Positions 19,671 to 29,242 of a stretch of DNA of 56,370 bases are shown one piece after another. Location of the stretch: the NCBI GenBank assembly GCA_964492235.1, contig CAZBJQ010000002.1, positions 1 to 56,370 on the forward strand, given 5' to 3'. The translations under genes and the position numbers were made by a program. The stretch's first letter is position 1. Every line of letters begins with the position of its first letter. A model generated the notes under the pieces. That model was not told the DNA's origin. It did no database searches and saw only the letters and a list, made by a program, of their open reading frames with translations. The stretch comes from an uncultured Anaerolineaceae bacterium (GTDB lineage: Bacteria; Chloroflexota; Anaerolineae; Anaerolineales; E44-bin32).

Positions 19671-20345
19671 ATGCTGCGGAATTCCTACGATCAAGCCTAC
19701 TTCGAATCGGTGCTGTTCCGTACGACGGCCGACTCACCGCGCACCCGGAAGCGCATTGACCTGATCCTTTCACACAAGACCGGGGGTGAGCTGCTGGAGA
19801 TCGGGTGCGCCAAAGGCCATCTGCTGCAGCTCGCTGCATCTCACTTCTCGGTCTCGGGTGTAGAAGTCTCGGAGTACGCCACCCAAACTGGGGCGGAAGA
19901 ACAACGCGACAAGATCACTATTGCCGATGTCCAGCATTTCGAGATCCCGTCGGGTCGGTATGATGTAGTTGTGGCCTTCAATGTGCTGGAGCATCTGCAG
20001 GATCCGGCGGTGGTGCTGCGGGGGATCGGCGAGGGCTTGAAGCCGGATGGTGTGTTTATCGGGTCGGTCCCGCTGAACCACAGCCTGGTCGGCGGAGTCC
20101 ATACCGGGATCACGAACGTGCTCGATCGGACTCATCGATCCACCTTCAGCCTCAAGCGGTGGCGTCGAGAGTTCACTGCAGCCGGTTTCCTGGGTCAGGA
20201 CGTATTTGGTGAGATTCAGATCGGCCCGAATCGGTCGCTGTATGTGCGCACGCCGCTCTGGGAGCATCTGAGCTTGAACCTGATGTTTGTCCTGGTCAAG
20301 GTGGATGCGTCGGCCTCGCCACCGGACTCGCCCGCCCGATGGTAG
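19671..20345 (+). CDS. Class I SAM-dependent methyltransferase
   Basis: Motif I (LLEIGCAKGHLL) and post-I/II elements (YDVVVAFNVLEHLQDP, LKPDGVFIGSVP) are present. Confidence 0.8.
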   Translation: MLRNSYDQAYFESVLFRTTADSPRTRKRIDLILSHKTGGELLEIGCAKGHLLQLAASHFSVSGVEVSEYATQTGAEEQRDKITIADVQHFEIPSGRYDVVVAFNVLEHLQDPAVVLRGIGEGLKPDGVFIGSVPLNHSLVGGVHTGITNVLDRTHRSTFSLKRWRREFTAAGFLGQDVFGEIQIGPNRSLYVRTPLWEHLSLNLMFVLVKVDASASPPDSPARW

Positions 20346-20478
20346 CCAAACCTCCCTGAGGTGTGCGGTGAGGGGGGCTTTCGACTTCGATCGTTTGCGG
20401 CCCGGCCAGAAGAAGTTCGCGGGCTGTTGTTGAGATCATGCGGACGGAGCCTGGCGCACGACCGGTAAGAGGCGCGCA

Positions 20479-21618
20479 GTGACGCAGCGGACGAAGTTCA
20501 TCCCCTACCGGCCGAAGACGATTCTTAACAAGAGTAGCCGGCCCGACCACTGGTTCTGGGCGCGCTACAGTGCCTATCCCTACATTGGCTGCCAGCATGG
20601 TTGTGCGTTCTGCTACTGTCGCGAGCGCAAGTACGCGCCGTACGATGACCCGCAGGATTTTGCCCACGTTATCAAAGTCAAGCTGAACGCGGCGGAGCTG
20701 CTGCGAAAGTCGCTGGGGCGCGTGCCCGTCGACCTGGTGTTCACCGGGGACTACCAGCCGGCGGAACGCAAGTTCGGGCTTTCGCGCAAGATGCTCGAGG
20801 TCTGTTGCGAACTTGCCTTTCCGGTCTTTGTGCTCGAGCGCTCGCCGCTTGTCCTGCGCGACCTGGACGTGCTGCAGTCCATCCAGGCCAAGGCGCCTTC
20901 CGTCGTCGCCTTCAGCATGATCGCTGCGCCGGACACGCCATCCGAGGCGAACGTTCGCCAGCTCGAGCGTCTCGCACCCCGGGCCGCTCCGCGCCTTGCC
21001 GCCATGGAGAAGATCGCACAAGCCGGTATTGTGACCGGCACCTGCGCCATGCCGCTCCTGCCTGGCCTGGCTGACGACCAGGCGAACCTGGAGGCGCTGG
21101 TTCGCTGCACAGCGGATCACGGCGGTACGTTCGTTCTTGCCGGCAGCCTGACGCTGTCTGACGTGCAGCGCGACTTCTTTCTCGATGCATTGAAAGGGCG
21201 TCATCCGGAACTGCTTGGCCTCTACGACACGCTCTACCCTCCCGGAAGCTACGCCCCGGCCGGAGATCGCGGCCGTCATGTGGCGAGAATGGTTCGTGAG
21301 CTGTGTACCCGCCACGGGATCTCCGATCGAATTCCTCGCCCGGTCATTCCAGGCGACAAACGGGAACGAAACCGGCGTCTGGCGGAGTGGCTTGCCAACC
21401 AGGCATACGCTCTCGAGCTCGACTCTGCATCCGCTCGGGACTCTTGGGTCTACCGAAGAGCTTCCTGGGCGGTCGAAGACCTGCAGCAAGACATCCTTAT
21501 GGTCTACCAAGCGATGGGGGTGCGCGGGCTGGAAAGTCTGCGCGATCTCGGGCAGGGAATGGCACCGATAGTCGAGCGTTGGCTTGCGGATCTGCCTCCT
21601 CCGGTCCTTCGTGCGTGA
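20479..21618 (+). CDS. Radical SAM protein, SplB/COG1533 (spore-photoproduct-lyase-like) family
   Basis: The string ILNKSSRPDHWFWARYSAYPYIGCQHGCAFCYCRE carries the CxxxCxxC cluster. The size and pattern fit the family often annotated as DNA repair photolyase. Confidence 0.85.
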   Translation: MTQRTKFIPYRPKTILNKSSRPDHWFWARYSAYPYIGCQHGCAFCYCRERKYAPYDDPQDFAHVIKVKLNAAELLRKSLGRVPVDLVFTGDYQPAERKFGLSRKMLEVCCELAFPVFVLERSPLVLRDLDVLQSIQAKAPSVVAFSMIAAPDTPSEANVRQLERLAPRAAPRLAAMEKIAQAGIVTGTCAMPLLPGLADDQANLEALVRCTADHGGTFVLAGSLTLSDVQRDFFLDALKGRHPELLGLYDTLYPPGSYAPAGDRGRHVARMVRELCTRHGISDRIPRPVIPGDKRERNRRLAEWLANQAYALELDSASARDSWVYRRASWAVEDLQQDILMVYQAMGVRGLESLRDLGQGMAPIVERWLADLPPPVLRA

Positions 21619-21925
21619 CGAGCATCGACGCCTGCCTCGGCAGTGCGATGGATGAGGCGGTCTCCCGGCGGGGAATCTCCAGTGCAGCCTCGATTGGGCC
21701 TGGAAGAGCCAGGGCAAGCCGGCCGGTGGCATGGGTCCCGCCTTGGGTGCCGCCGGGAGGCAGGGTGGGTCGTTTGGCACAACGCTGCCATTCACGCTAT
21801 GCTCGGTAGATACTCCGTCGATAAGGCAAGGGGCGTCGATCCCGGGATGGTCCGCTGACCGGAATGTCCCTGATGGCAGCGGGTGGTCTGGCTCGCATTC
21901 CATGCCCCTTGCAGGGGGGTGCTCG

Positions 21926-22138
21926 GTGAGTGACTTCAAAATCCAGGCCCGATTGAACGGCCCGTACCTTGTCCCCGGACCGCTGACGGTGAAGTACGAA
22001 TCGGGGGAGGAGCGGAAGGTCGAGCAGGAGAAAGTCTCCCTTTGCCGTTGCGGAGGCTCGAAGGACAAGCCCTTCTGCGACGGAACCCATCGGACGAACG
22101 GCTTCGCGGCTGCGGCCGTGACCCTGGAGGCGGACTAA
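21926..22138 (+). CDS. CDGSH-type iron-sulfur domain protein
   Basis: CRCGGSKDKPFCDGTH is a canonical CDGSH [2Fe-2S] motif. GTG 21926 lies 7 nt after AGGGGGG. An alternative start is ATG 21902. Confidence 0.8.
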   Translation: MSDFKIQARLNGPYLVPGPLTVKYESGEERKVEQEKVSLCRCGGSKDKPFCDGTHRTNGFAAAAVTLEAD

Positions 22139-22281
22139 AGGGCATTCCCCTCCCATCGCCAAGAGAGGATCATCTGGTCTGAAACCCTGGACGACCATGT
22201 CGCCCGGCAGACGCCGCCGAAGGGCACGGTTTAGCCGGCCGGCGACATAGGACGGCAATCCCGACGTAGTGAGGAGAACGC

Positions 22282-22773
22282 ATGCCGGTACCCTCGGTGC
22301 AAGAGCTGATCCCGGTCCTGCAGACGGCCATCGGCCCGGTGATCTTGATCTCCGGGATCGGCCTTCTCTTGCTTACGATGACCAACCGCCTTGGCCGGGC
22401 CATCGACCGCGCCCGGAGCTTGTCGGCCGAGCTGCCGTCGGCGGATGATCAGGGCCGGGCGCGCATCGCCCGCCAGCTGAGCATCTTGTGGATGCGCGCC
22501 CGCATGATCCGCCTGGCGATCTCCCTGGCGACGATCAGCGCACTGACCGCTGCCATCCTGGTAATCGTTCTCTTTGTGACCGCGTTGCTGTCGGCCGAAT
22601 CGGCGTGGCTGATCGCGGCGCTGTTCACCGCCTGTATGCTGAGCCTGATCGCCTCGCTGTTCGTTTTCCTGCGTGACATCAACCAGGCGCTGGCCGCCTT
22701 GAGGCTGGAGCTGCATGGGGCGGCAGCAGGGTCATCGGGTTCCGACATCATGGATGGGCGGGTGCGGGAATAG
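22282..22773 (+). CDS. DUF2721 family membrane protein
   Basis: LQTAIGPVILISGIGLLLLTMTNRLGRAIDRAR is followed by two further TM helices and ..FLRDINQAL. This is the typical DUF2721 layout. Confidence 0.75.
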   Translation: MPVPSVQELIPVLQTAIGPVILISGIGLLLLTMTNRLGRAIDRARSLSAELPSADDQGRARIARQLSILWMRARMIRLAISLATISALTAAILVIVLFVTALLSAESAWLIAALFTACMLSLIASLFVFLRDINQALAALRLELHGAAAGSSGSDIMDGRVRE

Positions 22774-23265
22774 GCGGCTTGCCGGGCGTCGGCTCGGCGC
22801 TGTCAGAAAACCTGCCTGGCCGGCCAGGAGTGGGAGAGTGAACGGGAATCCGGGCAAACGACCATCCCTTGGCCGCGAGGTGAGGCTGTGAAACTGAGCC
22901 TCGGCACCACCGTCGTGAGCATGATCCTTGGCTCCCGGCTGCATCCTTTGCTTGGCTCCAGCCTGGGGCGGCTTGGGTCCTCCAGGCGAGAGAGTGGGAG
23001 GCGGTACACCACGCCGGTCAACATTCATCGCAAGCCCATCCACCTAACGGGGAGCTGGCTTTCCACCACACCACTTGGCGGTGATGAACCGAGAGCAAGG
23101 GCGGGCGAGCGCCGGGAGTTCTTCGGCGCCCGCCGGTACGACGGCCCTCTGTCAAGGGTGACGGGCGGGGCGGATGGGGAGGGACTTGTTCTTCTTTGCG
23201 GAGAACCAGCGAAGGTCCGTCCTGGGGGGTCCAGCTCAGCATGCATGACGACAAGGAGGTCGATC

Positions 23266-24036
23266 GTGGACAGACGGCTCGGGACACGACCGCAAGATAG
23301 CTGTGCATGGGTGTCCCTTGCCCTGGCGCTGCTTCTCGTTGGCTGCCGGGGGAGTATGGATCGAGGGGCCGGGCCGGGGGAACCATCGGCGTCGCAGGGT
23401 GCCGTGACGGCGCAGGACTCACCCTCTCTGACCCCTGGCGCCTTGGGAGTAACCACGCCTGAACCGGAGACGTGCTTGAAGCGAGACGAGCTTGCCCAAC
23501 TGTCGTTGAGCGAGCGCGCCGGCCTGGCGGAGATCTGCTTTCTCTCCGACGATGGTCTGCCCACCATCGTTGACCAGACCCGGCACATCGAAGGGATTCG
23601 AGCCTTCCTCGGGGATCCCGCTCGCCTGATTGCATTCCGCGAAGTCACATCGATGCCCAACTCGCCCAATGGCGATCTGCGCACGGCACTGTACGAAGAC
23701 GAACGCGGCCTACAGTACTACTACGCCGACGCGGCCAACAAAGTCGTGGAGATGTCGCCCGCCTCCTACAACCCCGTTCCATCCTCGCCATCCCTGCCTG
23801 AAGACGAACTGCGGGCTCGGGCGGAAGCCCTGATCGCCAGGGAGCTTCCCGAATTCGAATCCATGAGAAGCCGACTGACAGCCTCGGGTGGCCGCAAGGG
23901 CACAGATCTGCACTTCTTTCGCTGGGAAGACCCGACGGGGATGGCATGGACCTCTATGCCACCCCTGGCGCAGGTGGGGATCACCGGCTCTGGCGAGGTG
24001 TTCTCCTACATCAACACCCTGTTCTACTTAAAGTGA
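23266..24036 (+). CDS. Hypothetical lipoprotein
   Basis: GTG 23266 lies 6 nt after AAGGAGG. The signal peptide has a lipobox (VSLALALLLVGC). No domain was recognised in the mature part. The ORF is open further upstream, from 22888. Confidence 0.5.
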   Translation: MDRRLGTRPQDSCAWVSLALALLLVGCRGSMDRGAGPGEPSASQGAVTAQDSPSLTPGALGVTTPEPETCLKRDELAQLSLSERAGLAEICFLSDDGLPTIVDQTRHIEGIRAFLGDPARLIAFREVTSMPNSPNGDLRTALYEDERGLQYYYADAANKVVEMSPASYNPVPSSPSLPEDELRARAEALIARELPEFESMRSRLTASGGRKGTDLHFFRWEDPTGMAWTSMPPLAQVGITGSGEVFSYINTLFYLK

Positions 24037-24544
24037 CCGCCCAGGCTGGCGTCCGCCTGCTGCGCTCCGACGGAGACAGAGGACATGTGGCGGGCGTGCA
24101 ACCAGTGCCGCCGGCGGGAGTCGATACGAGCGCGGCGTGAGAGCCGCCCGGCCGCCGAGGTGGATGCGTGGGGCGTCTTTGCGACGATGGGCCATCGTCG
24201 GGCTTGCCGCCGGCCACCTGGCTCCGGACCTCCTGGGAAGGAGCAGGTCGAAGGCCCATTTGGCCGGGTACGACGTGGCTTACCCTGTCGCCTTCGTCCT
24301 CTCCAGGATGGACAGGTTCCCGGCCGGGCATGGCGGCAAGCGTGTCCGGAAGGCGGTGCGGCCTGGCCTGGCGCTCGCCGGGGCCTCCCCAGGGAGGATT
24401 TGCCAGGCCTCCTCCCGGGCACAAAAGACAAGGGAACCAGCGTTCATTCACGTGCTGCGGCTGGGCGTGTAGACTCGCCTGGCGGACGCTGCGGCCATGA
24501 CAGCCTGAAGTGCGGACAGCGGGCATCACCGGAGGGCAACGGAC

Positions 24545-25045
24545 ATGGTCATTGAATTGCTCCAGCGCGATCGGCTTTCCGCCTCAACCCTTGACGAACT
24601 TCGTCGGCTGCTGCCGCACCTTACCACTCGCGAGGTAGACCCCGCTCAAACCGCGTCAGCCGTACTCCAGGATCCATCTGTGACGCTGCTTGTTGCCAGG
24701 GAACACTCCCCAGGGCCGATAGAAGGGATGGTGGCGCTGGTCGTGTATCAGGTCCTCACCGGCAGACGAGCGCGCATTGAAGACCTCGTCGTCGATCCGA
24801 GCGCCCGGGGCCGGGGCGTCGGGGAGGCGCTGATGGAGCAGGCGGTGCGCCTCGCCCGCCAGGCGCAAGCCGACGTCGTCGATCTCACCTCCAATCCCCG
24901 CCGGCAGGCCGCCCACCGGCTGTACCTGCGGCTCGGCTTCGTGCATTGGGAGACGAATGTCTTCCGCCTGGTGCTCGACGGGCCCCCCATGGATGCGTTG
25001 CAGTCCAAAGACTCCTCGGCCTCTCCGCAATCGGACGGATGCTGA
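24545..25045 (+). CDS. GNAT family N-acetyltransferase
   Basis: IEDLVVDPSARGRGVGEALMEQAVRLA and NPRRQAAHRLYLRLGF are present. Confidence 0.85.
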   Translation: MVIELLQRDRLSASTLDELRRLLPHLTTREVDPAQTASAVLQDPSVTLLVAREHSPGPIEGMVALVVYQVLTGRRARIEDLVVDPSARGRGVGEALMEQAVRLARQAQADVVDLTSNPRRQAAHRLYLRLGFVHWETNVFRLVLDGPPMDALQSKDSSASPQSDGC

Positions 25046-25276
25046 GCTCGGCCCGGATCGGCCGACCGAAGGGATCGTGCCCGCCCGGCGGCGTCGAACC
25101 CACCTACTGCGAAGGAGCGGCGATCCGGATCGCGACACAACGACGACCAGGTGAGTTTGATGTTCGGCGTGGTATGATTTCGCGGTGGCGGACAAGCTGG
25201 GACCAGGGGCAGGCCTCCCGCCGCCACCCTGCGCGAAGCTCTCGAACACCTGCTGGCCTGTTTGAGGAGGGGAGAC

Positions 25277-25681
25277 GTGACCAAGCTGATCGACATCGAG
25301 GGAGTCGGTCCGATTTATGCTGCCAAGTTGCAGAAGGCCGGCGTGCGTTCGGCCAATGGGCTGCTGGAGCGAGGCGCCACGCCCACAGGCCGCAAGGAGA
25401 TCGCGGCCAAATCAGGCATCATGGACTCATTGATACTTGAGTGGGTGAACCACGTTGATTTGTTCCGCATCAAGGGTGTGGGCAGCGAATACGCGGACTT
25501 GCTGGAGGCAGCCGGCGTCGACACGGTCGTCGAACTGGCGCAGCGCAACGCGGAAAACCTGCACCCGAAGCTGATCGCCTCCAACCAGCCGAAGAAGCTG
25601 GTCCGGCGCCCTCCGGGCGCGGACCAGGTGCGCAACTGGATCCAACAGGCGAAGAAGCTCCCGCGCAAGATCAGCTACTAG
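25277..25681 (+). CDS. DUF4332 domain protein (tandem helix-hairpin-helix-like)
   Basis: GTG 25277 follows GAGGAGGGGAG. The strings LIDIEGVGPIYAAKLQKAGV and LFRIKGVGSEYADLLEAAGVDTV are present. Confidence 0.8.
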   Translation: MTKLIDIEGVGPIYAAKLQKAGVRSANGLLERGATPTGRKEIAAKSGIMDSLILEWVNHVDLFRIKGVGSEYADLLEAAGVDTVVELAQRNAENLHPKLIASNQPKKLVRRPPGADQVRNWIQQAKKLPRKISY

Positions 25682-26036
25682 GCCGGGTCCCGCCGCGATC
25701 CACCCGGGTCCAGGGATCCGAGCCAGATGGTGAGTGCAATCCGGGCAGGGAGGGGCATGACCCCCGACCTGCCCGCGTGCGTCCAGTAACCTGCCGCTCG
25801 GCTGCCCAGACGCTCGCCTCGAGGCCGGGCCCGGGTACGTGACCAGCCATGGTGAGGGGCGCAGGACCTCGTCCACGGCGGGATCGCATCAGGTACTGAT
25901 TGCAGGGCCCTCCGATGCCCGGTTCGGCCAGGTAACGCGCCACTTGGGCTTGTTCGACCGCGGCTGGCAGATCCATCTCCGCCTGCAGTAGCCGGATCAG
26001 CTCACACGCCGCCCGGGCATCGGAGGGCTGGTCGCA

Positions 26037-26435
26037 TTGGCAGGGCAGGCCGTCGTGGGATGGCTGATCAGCGGGCGGACTGTGTCCCGGGCTTCTCATG
26101 GCGGGAGATCGCTGCGAACAGGGGACCTCATCGGCCATCCGGGGCACCGCCAGCAGGGAGTTGGCCGGGCGCCGCTGCAGCAAGTAGTCAGCGAAGCCCA
26201 CCGGGCCGGCTGCGTTGAAATCGAAGTCTCGACGCTGGAAGGAAATCTGCCCGCGCAGGCCTTCTACTTGTCCCTGGGATTCGCAGGTGGGGCCATTGAT
26301 ATGGAGGGCCATTTGTCCCAGCCGAGGCTCTGTGGGACTGCCCCAGGGCGCGGATCGGCCAGCGGCAGGTGCAGCCAACCGGGCTGGACCCAAGCCTGTC
26401 GCCTTCACGCCCAACTCTCCCCGCTCCTCTCTTAG
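26037..26435 (+). pseudogene. Probable remnant of a GNAT acetyltransferase (C-terminal half only)
   Basis: GQAVVGWLISG..GDLIGHPGHRQQGVGRAPLQQVVSEAHRAGCVEIEVSTLEGNLPAQAFYLSLGF matches the GNAT beta4-alpha3 and NxxAxxFYxxxGF motifs. The N-terminal helices are missing, and an in-frame TAG lies at about 25990. A 263-aa ORF occupies the opposite strand, so the call is uncertain. Confidence 0.3.
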
Positions 26436-26674
26436 AACTCTCCCGCCAGCTCGGGGTGCCACAGCTCAGCCGGCCTGCTCGCAGGGTGTGTGCTCCGTCT
26501 GTCTCAGCCTGCTGCCGCCAGGGCCGAGGTCCGGAGGGGCACGCGCCAGCCGATGGGGATCTCCGAGAAGTGTCCAGCTTGCGGCCACGATTCGGGCGGT
26601 CTCACCTGTGAGACAATAGGCGGGCGCCCGAGGCGGGCTCGTTTGACCTCGGTGTCTGGCATGGGAGGCTGTCG

Positions 26675-27418
26675 ATGGACATCTCACACGGGGTTACCAG
26701 CTTCGGATCCTTGATCGCATTCCCGGTGCGGGGAGAGAAATGGGCCGAGAAGATGCTCGTCGGGTCTGGGATCGTCCTGGTGGGATGCATCATCCCGATC
26801 CTGCCGCTGATCTTTGTCTACGGCTACGCGGTTCGCATCATGCTTCAGGCCATCGGGGGGGACGCTCTCGAGCTCCCTGGCTGGCGAGATTGGGAGAAGC
26901 TGGCGAGCTACGGCGTGCGGGCCATGGTGATCGGTTTGGTCTTCTCGCTGCCGGCGATACTCGTGTTCACGGTCGGATTCGGGCTGTACATGATGTCCAC
27001 CCTGGCCCTGTCGGCGGGGGACACGGGCTCGGGGTGGCCGTTCGGGCTGTGGTTCATCGGGTTCGGGGCATGGATGCTCTCCATGCCGGTCGGCAGCGTC
27101 CTCATGCTGTTGGCCGCCGCCGTCACGCCGCCAGCTTTGTCCCACTTCGCCGTCAACGATCGATTGTCGGCAGCCTTCTACTTCAAGGAGTGGTGGCACG
27201 TCCTCGCCGGCAACAAGCTGGGCTATCTTGTCGCCTGGATCTTCCTCATGGGTGTCGGCGGGCTTGTCTACTGGGCGATCTTCATCCTGGGTTACTCGTT
27301 CATCCTGTGTTGGCTGGTACCCTTTCTTGCCGCGCCGTTGTACTACTACCTGCTGATCGTGGGCGCAGCCTTGTTCGGTGTCTGCTATCGGGATGGAATG
27401 ATCGCCCGCTACAGCTGA
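26675..27418 (+). CDS. DUF4013 family membrane protein
   Basis: FPVRGEKWAEKMLVGSGIVLVGCIIPILPLIFVYGYAVRIM......LPGWRDWEKLASYGV is followed by further TM helices. Confidence 0.75.
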   Translation: MDISHGVTSFGSLIAFPVRGEKWAEKMLVGSGIVLVGCIIPILPLIFVYGYAVRIMLQAIGGDALELPGWRDWEKLASYGVRAMVIGLVFSLPAILVFTVGFGLYMMSTLALSAGDTGSGWPFGLWFIGFGAWMLSMPVGSVLMLLAAAVTPPALSHFAVNDRLSAAFYFKEWWHVLAGNKLGYLVAWIFLMGVGGLVYWAIFILGYSFILCWLVPFLAAPLYYYLLIVGAALFGVCYRDGMIARYS

Positions 27419-27687
27419 GTTCCGCTTCTGACGGCCGGGACTGCTGGATGTCGAACGGCTGGACTCCAGGAGGCGCGTGCTGTGTGGCTCCGACCGTGGA
27501 CGGCGCAGCGGTCGCTCGTCTGTCTCACAACCGGCAACGATCAACACCGCCCGGTCTGCCGGAGCGAAGTCGCATTCCCTGGGAATGCTAAAAGGCCATC
27601 AAACCGCGGAAGCGGTACCTGCCTTCGGCCCCTTGGCGCGAAGTGCGAAGGACCCCTGCTGTGCGCGGCCATTCCGTGAACGCGGTG

Positions 27688-28521
27688 ATGGACTACTACG
27701 ATCGGAACACGTCACGCTTCCTTCGATTCGGAGGCGGGCGCCGCGCCGGGGCCATCCACCGCAAACTGTGGGGCCCGGGGGTCGAGACCGAAGAGCAAGC
27801 GCTGCAGTACATTCATCGGCTGCTGGCCGATTGGCTCCGTCCGTGCATCGGCGCCGATTCCGGCCAGGGCTTGATTCTGGATCTGGGGTGCGGCGCGGGC
27901 GGTACGGCACTCAGCCTGGCGCGGGGCCTGGGCGCCCGGACCGTGGGCCTGACCCTGAGCCGCACCCAGGCACAAGCCGCGCTGAGGCGGGCCCAGGCCG
28001 ATGGACTGGGAGACCGCTGCCGGTTCCTGGCAGGGGACTTCCACCACCTACCCCTGTCGACCCAGGCGCTGGCGGCGTACGCCATCGAGTCCTTCGTGCA
28101 CAGTCCAGATGCCGGACGGTTCTTCGCCCAGGTGCGTACCTATCTCCGACCTGGGGGTCGACTGGTCGTGGTCGATGACTTCCTGGCGGACGGGAGTTCG
28201 CCGCGTGACCGGCTCTGGCCATGGTCACGAGTCCAGTGGGTCAACCGCTTCGCCGAGGGATGGCGGCTGGGATCCCTGATGACCAGTTCCGAAGCCGTGC
28301 GCCTGGCGGCGGACGAAGGCCTGGATCTGATCATGGAAGAAGACCTGAGCGGGTTGGTCCGCCTTCCCCGGCGCTGGATGCAGATGGCGCTGCGCCTGCA
28401 GGCGTTGGTCCGTCTCCCCAACGGGTACTGGGAAAGCCTGGCGGGCGGCGCGGCGCTGCAGATGTGTGAGCAAGAAAGGTGGGTGCGGTACAAGGCGCTG
28501 GCCTGGACCGCAGCCGTCTGA
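27688..28521 (+). CDS. Class I SAM-dependent methyltransferase
   Basis: Motif I (ILDLGCGAGGTAL), ..DRCRFLAGDF and YLRPGGRLVVVD are present. Start taken as ATG 27688 (MDYYDRNT). Confidence 0.8.
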   Translation: MDYYDRNTSRFLRFGGGRRAGAIHRKLWGPGVETEEQALQYIHRLLADWLRPCIGADSGQGLILDLGCGAGGTALSLARGLGARTVGLTLSRTQAQAALRRAQADGLGDRCRFLAGDFHHLPLSTQALAAYAIESFVHSPDAGRFFAQVRTYLRPGGRLVVVDDFLADGSSPRDRLWPWSRVQWVNRFAEGWRLGSLMTSSEAVRLAADEGLDLIMEEDLSGLVRLPRRWMQMALRLQALVRLPNGYWESLAGGAALQMCEQERWVRYKALAWTAAV

Positions 28522-28576
28522 CCCGGAGGCGCCGACACCTCCGCAGCCCGCTTCCCTGCGATGCGGTGCTTCTTCT

Positions 28577-29209
28577 TCACGCCCGCACGCCGGCGAGCGT
28601 GGCGTGACTCAGGATCCAGAAGAGAAGAATGGCCAGGTTGACCCCGGTGAGATACAGGCCGAAAGCTGGGTGCAGGGCGGATCCCCGGTCCAGTTGATCG
28701 AGCTCAGCCAACAGCAGGACACCGAGAGCGAGAAACAGGCTCAGGCCGAATGCGGCCAAGGATGCCTGCACAACCAGCGGCAGCTCCAGAGTGGCCTGCA
28801 TCGCCCAGCCTGCAGCGTATAAGACCGTCAACCCCCACACAATCCGCAGAATCCATCGACTGTCGCTGTGATGCGGCCGCGCCGAGGGAATCCAGCGTTG
28901 AATGGCGCGCAAGGCGGCGGCGACCATTGCCAAGACCAACAATGAGAATGCGGCGAGAAGGAGAGCCCGGTTCCAGGAATCGGAATCGCCTTCGGTCACC
29001 AACTGCCGGAGCAAGACGCCACAGCCTGCGGCGCCCATAAGAATGAGTGGTCCATAAGCATAAGGGCTTTCCTGGGTGGCGAATGCCAGAACGAAGGCGA
29101 TGGCCGTGATGCAGGCCACGGGGATCAAGGACCCGGGGGGGAGGCGCGGTGCGGCGAAGGAGGTGCCGGCACTGGCACTCCAGGCTGCGCACACCAAGAC
29201 CACAGTCAA
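28577..29209 (-). CDS. Hypothetical 6-TM membrane protein, last gene of the Tad-like operon
   Basis: 210 aa on the same strand, 33 nt after the TadG-like gene. No family was recognised, and there is no A24 peptidase GxGD motif. Confidence 0.5.
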   Translation of the reverse strand: MTVVLVCAAWSASAGTSFAAPRLPPGSLIPVACITAIAFVLAFATQESPYAYGPLILMGAAGCGVLLRQLVTEGDSDSWNRALLLAAFSLLVLAMVAAALRAIQRWIPSARPHHSDSRWILRIVWGLTVLYAAGWAMQATLELPLVVQASLAAFGLSLFLALGVLLLAELDQLDRGSALHPAFGLYLTGVNLAILLFWILSHATLAGVRA

Positions 29210-29242
29210 GATCCCTTGAGGCTGGATAATGGAAAGAGGCCT

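Noticed and set aside
20296-22068. 590-aa minus-strand ORF, the longest in this part of the window
   Set aside because: It lies antisense to the well-supported radical SAM and CDGSH genes. Its product is rich in Arg, Pro, Gly and Ala and has no recognisable motifs. This is the typical shadow ORF of a high-GC genome.
24137-24472. 111-aa plus-strand ORF in the 509-nt gap before the GNAT gene, with high third-position GC
   Set aside because: It has no recognisable family and no convincing Shine-Dalgarno sequence. ORFs overlap it in several frames. The evidence is insufficient to call it a gene.
28577-29209. Possibility that the terminal Tad-operon membrane protein is the missing prepilin peptidase
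   Set aside because: It has no GxGD/GxHyD-type motif and no paired catalytic aspartates in the expected TM-flanking loops. It is kept as an unknown membrane protein.
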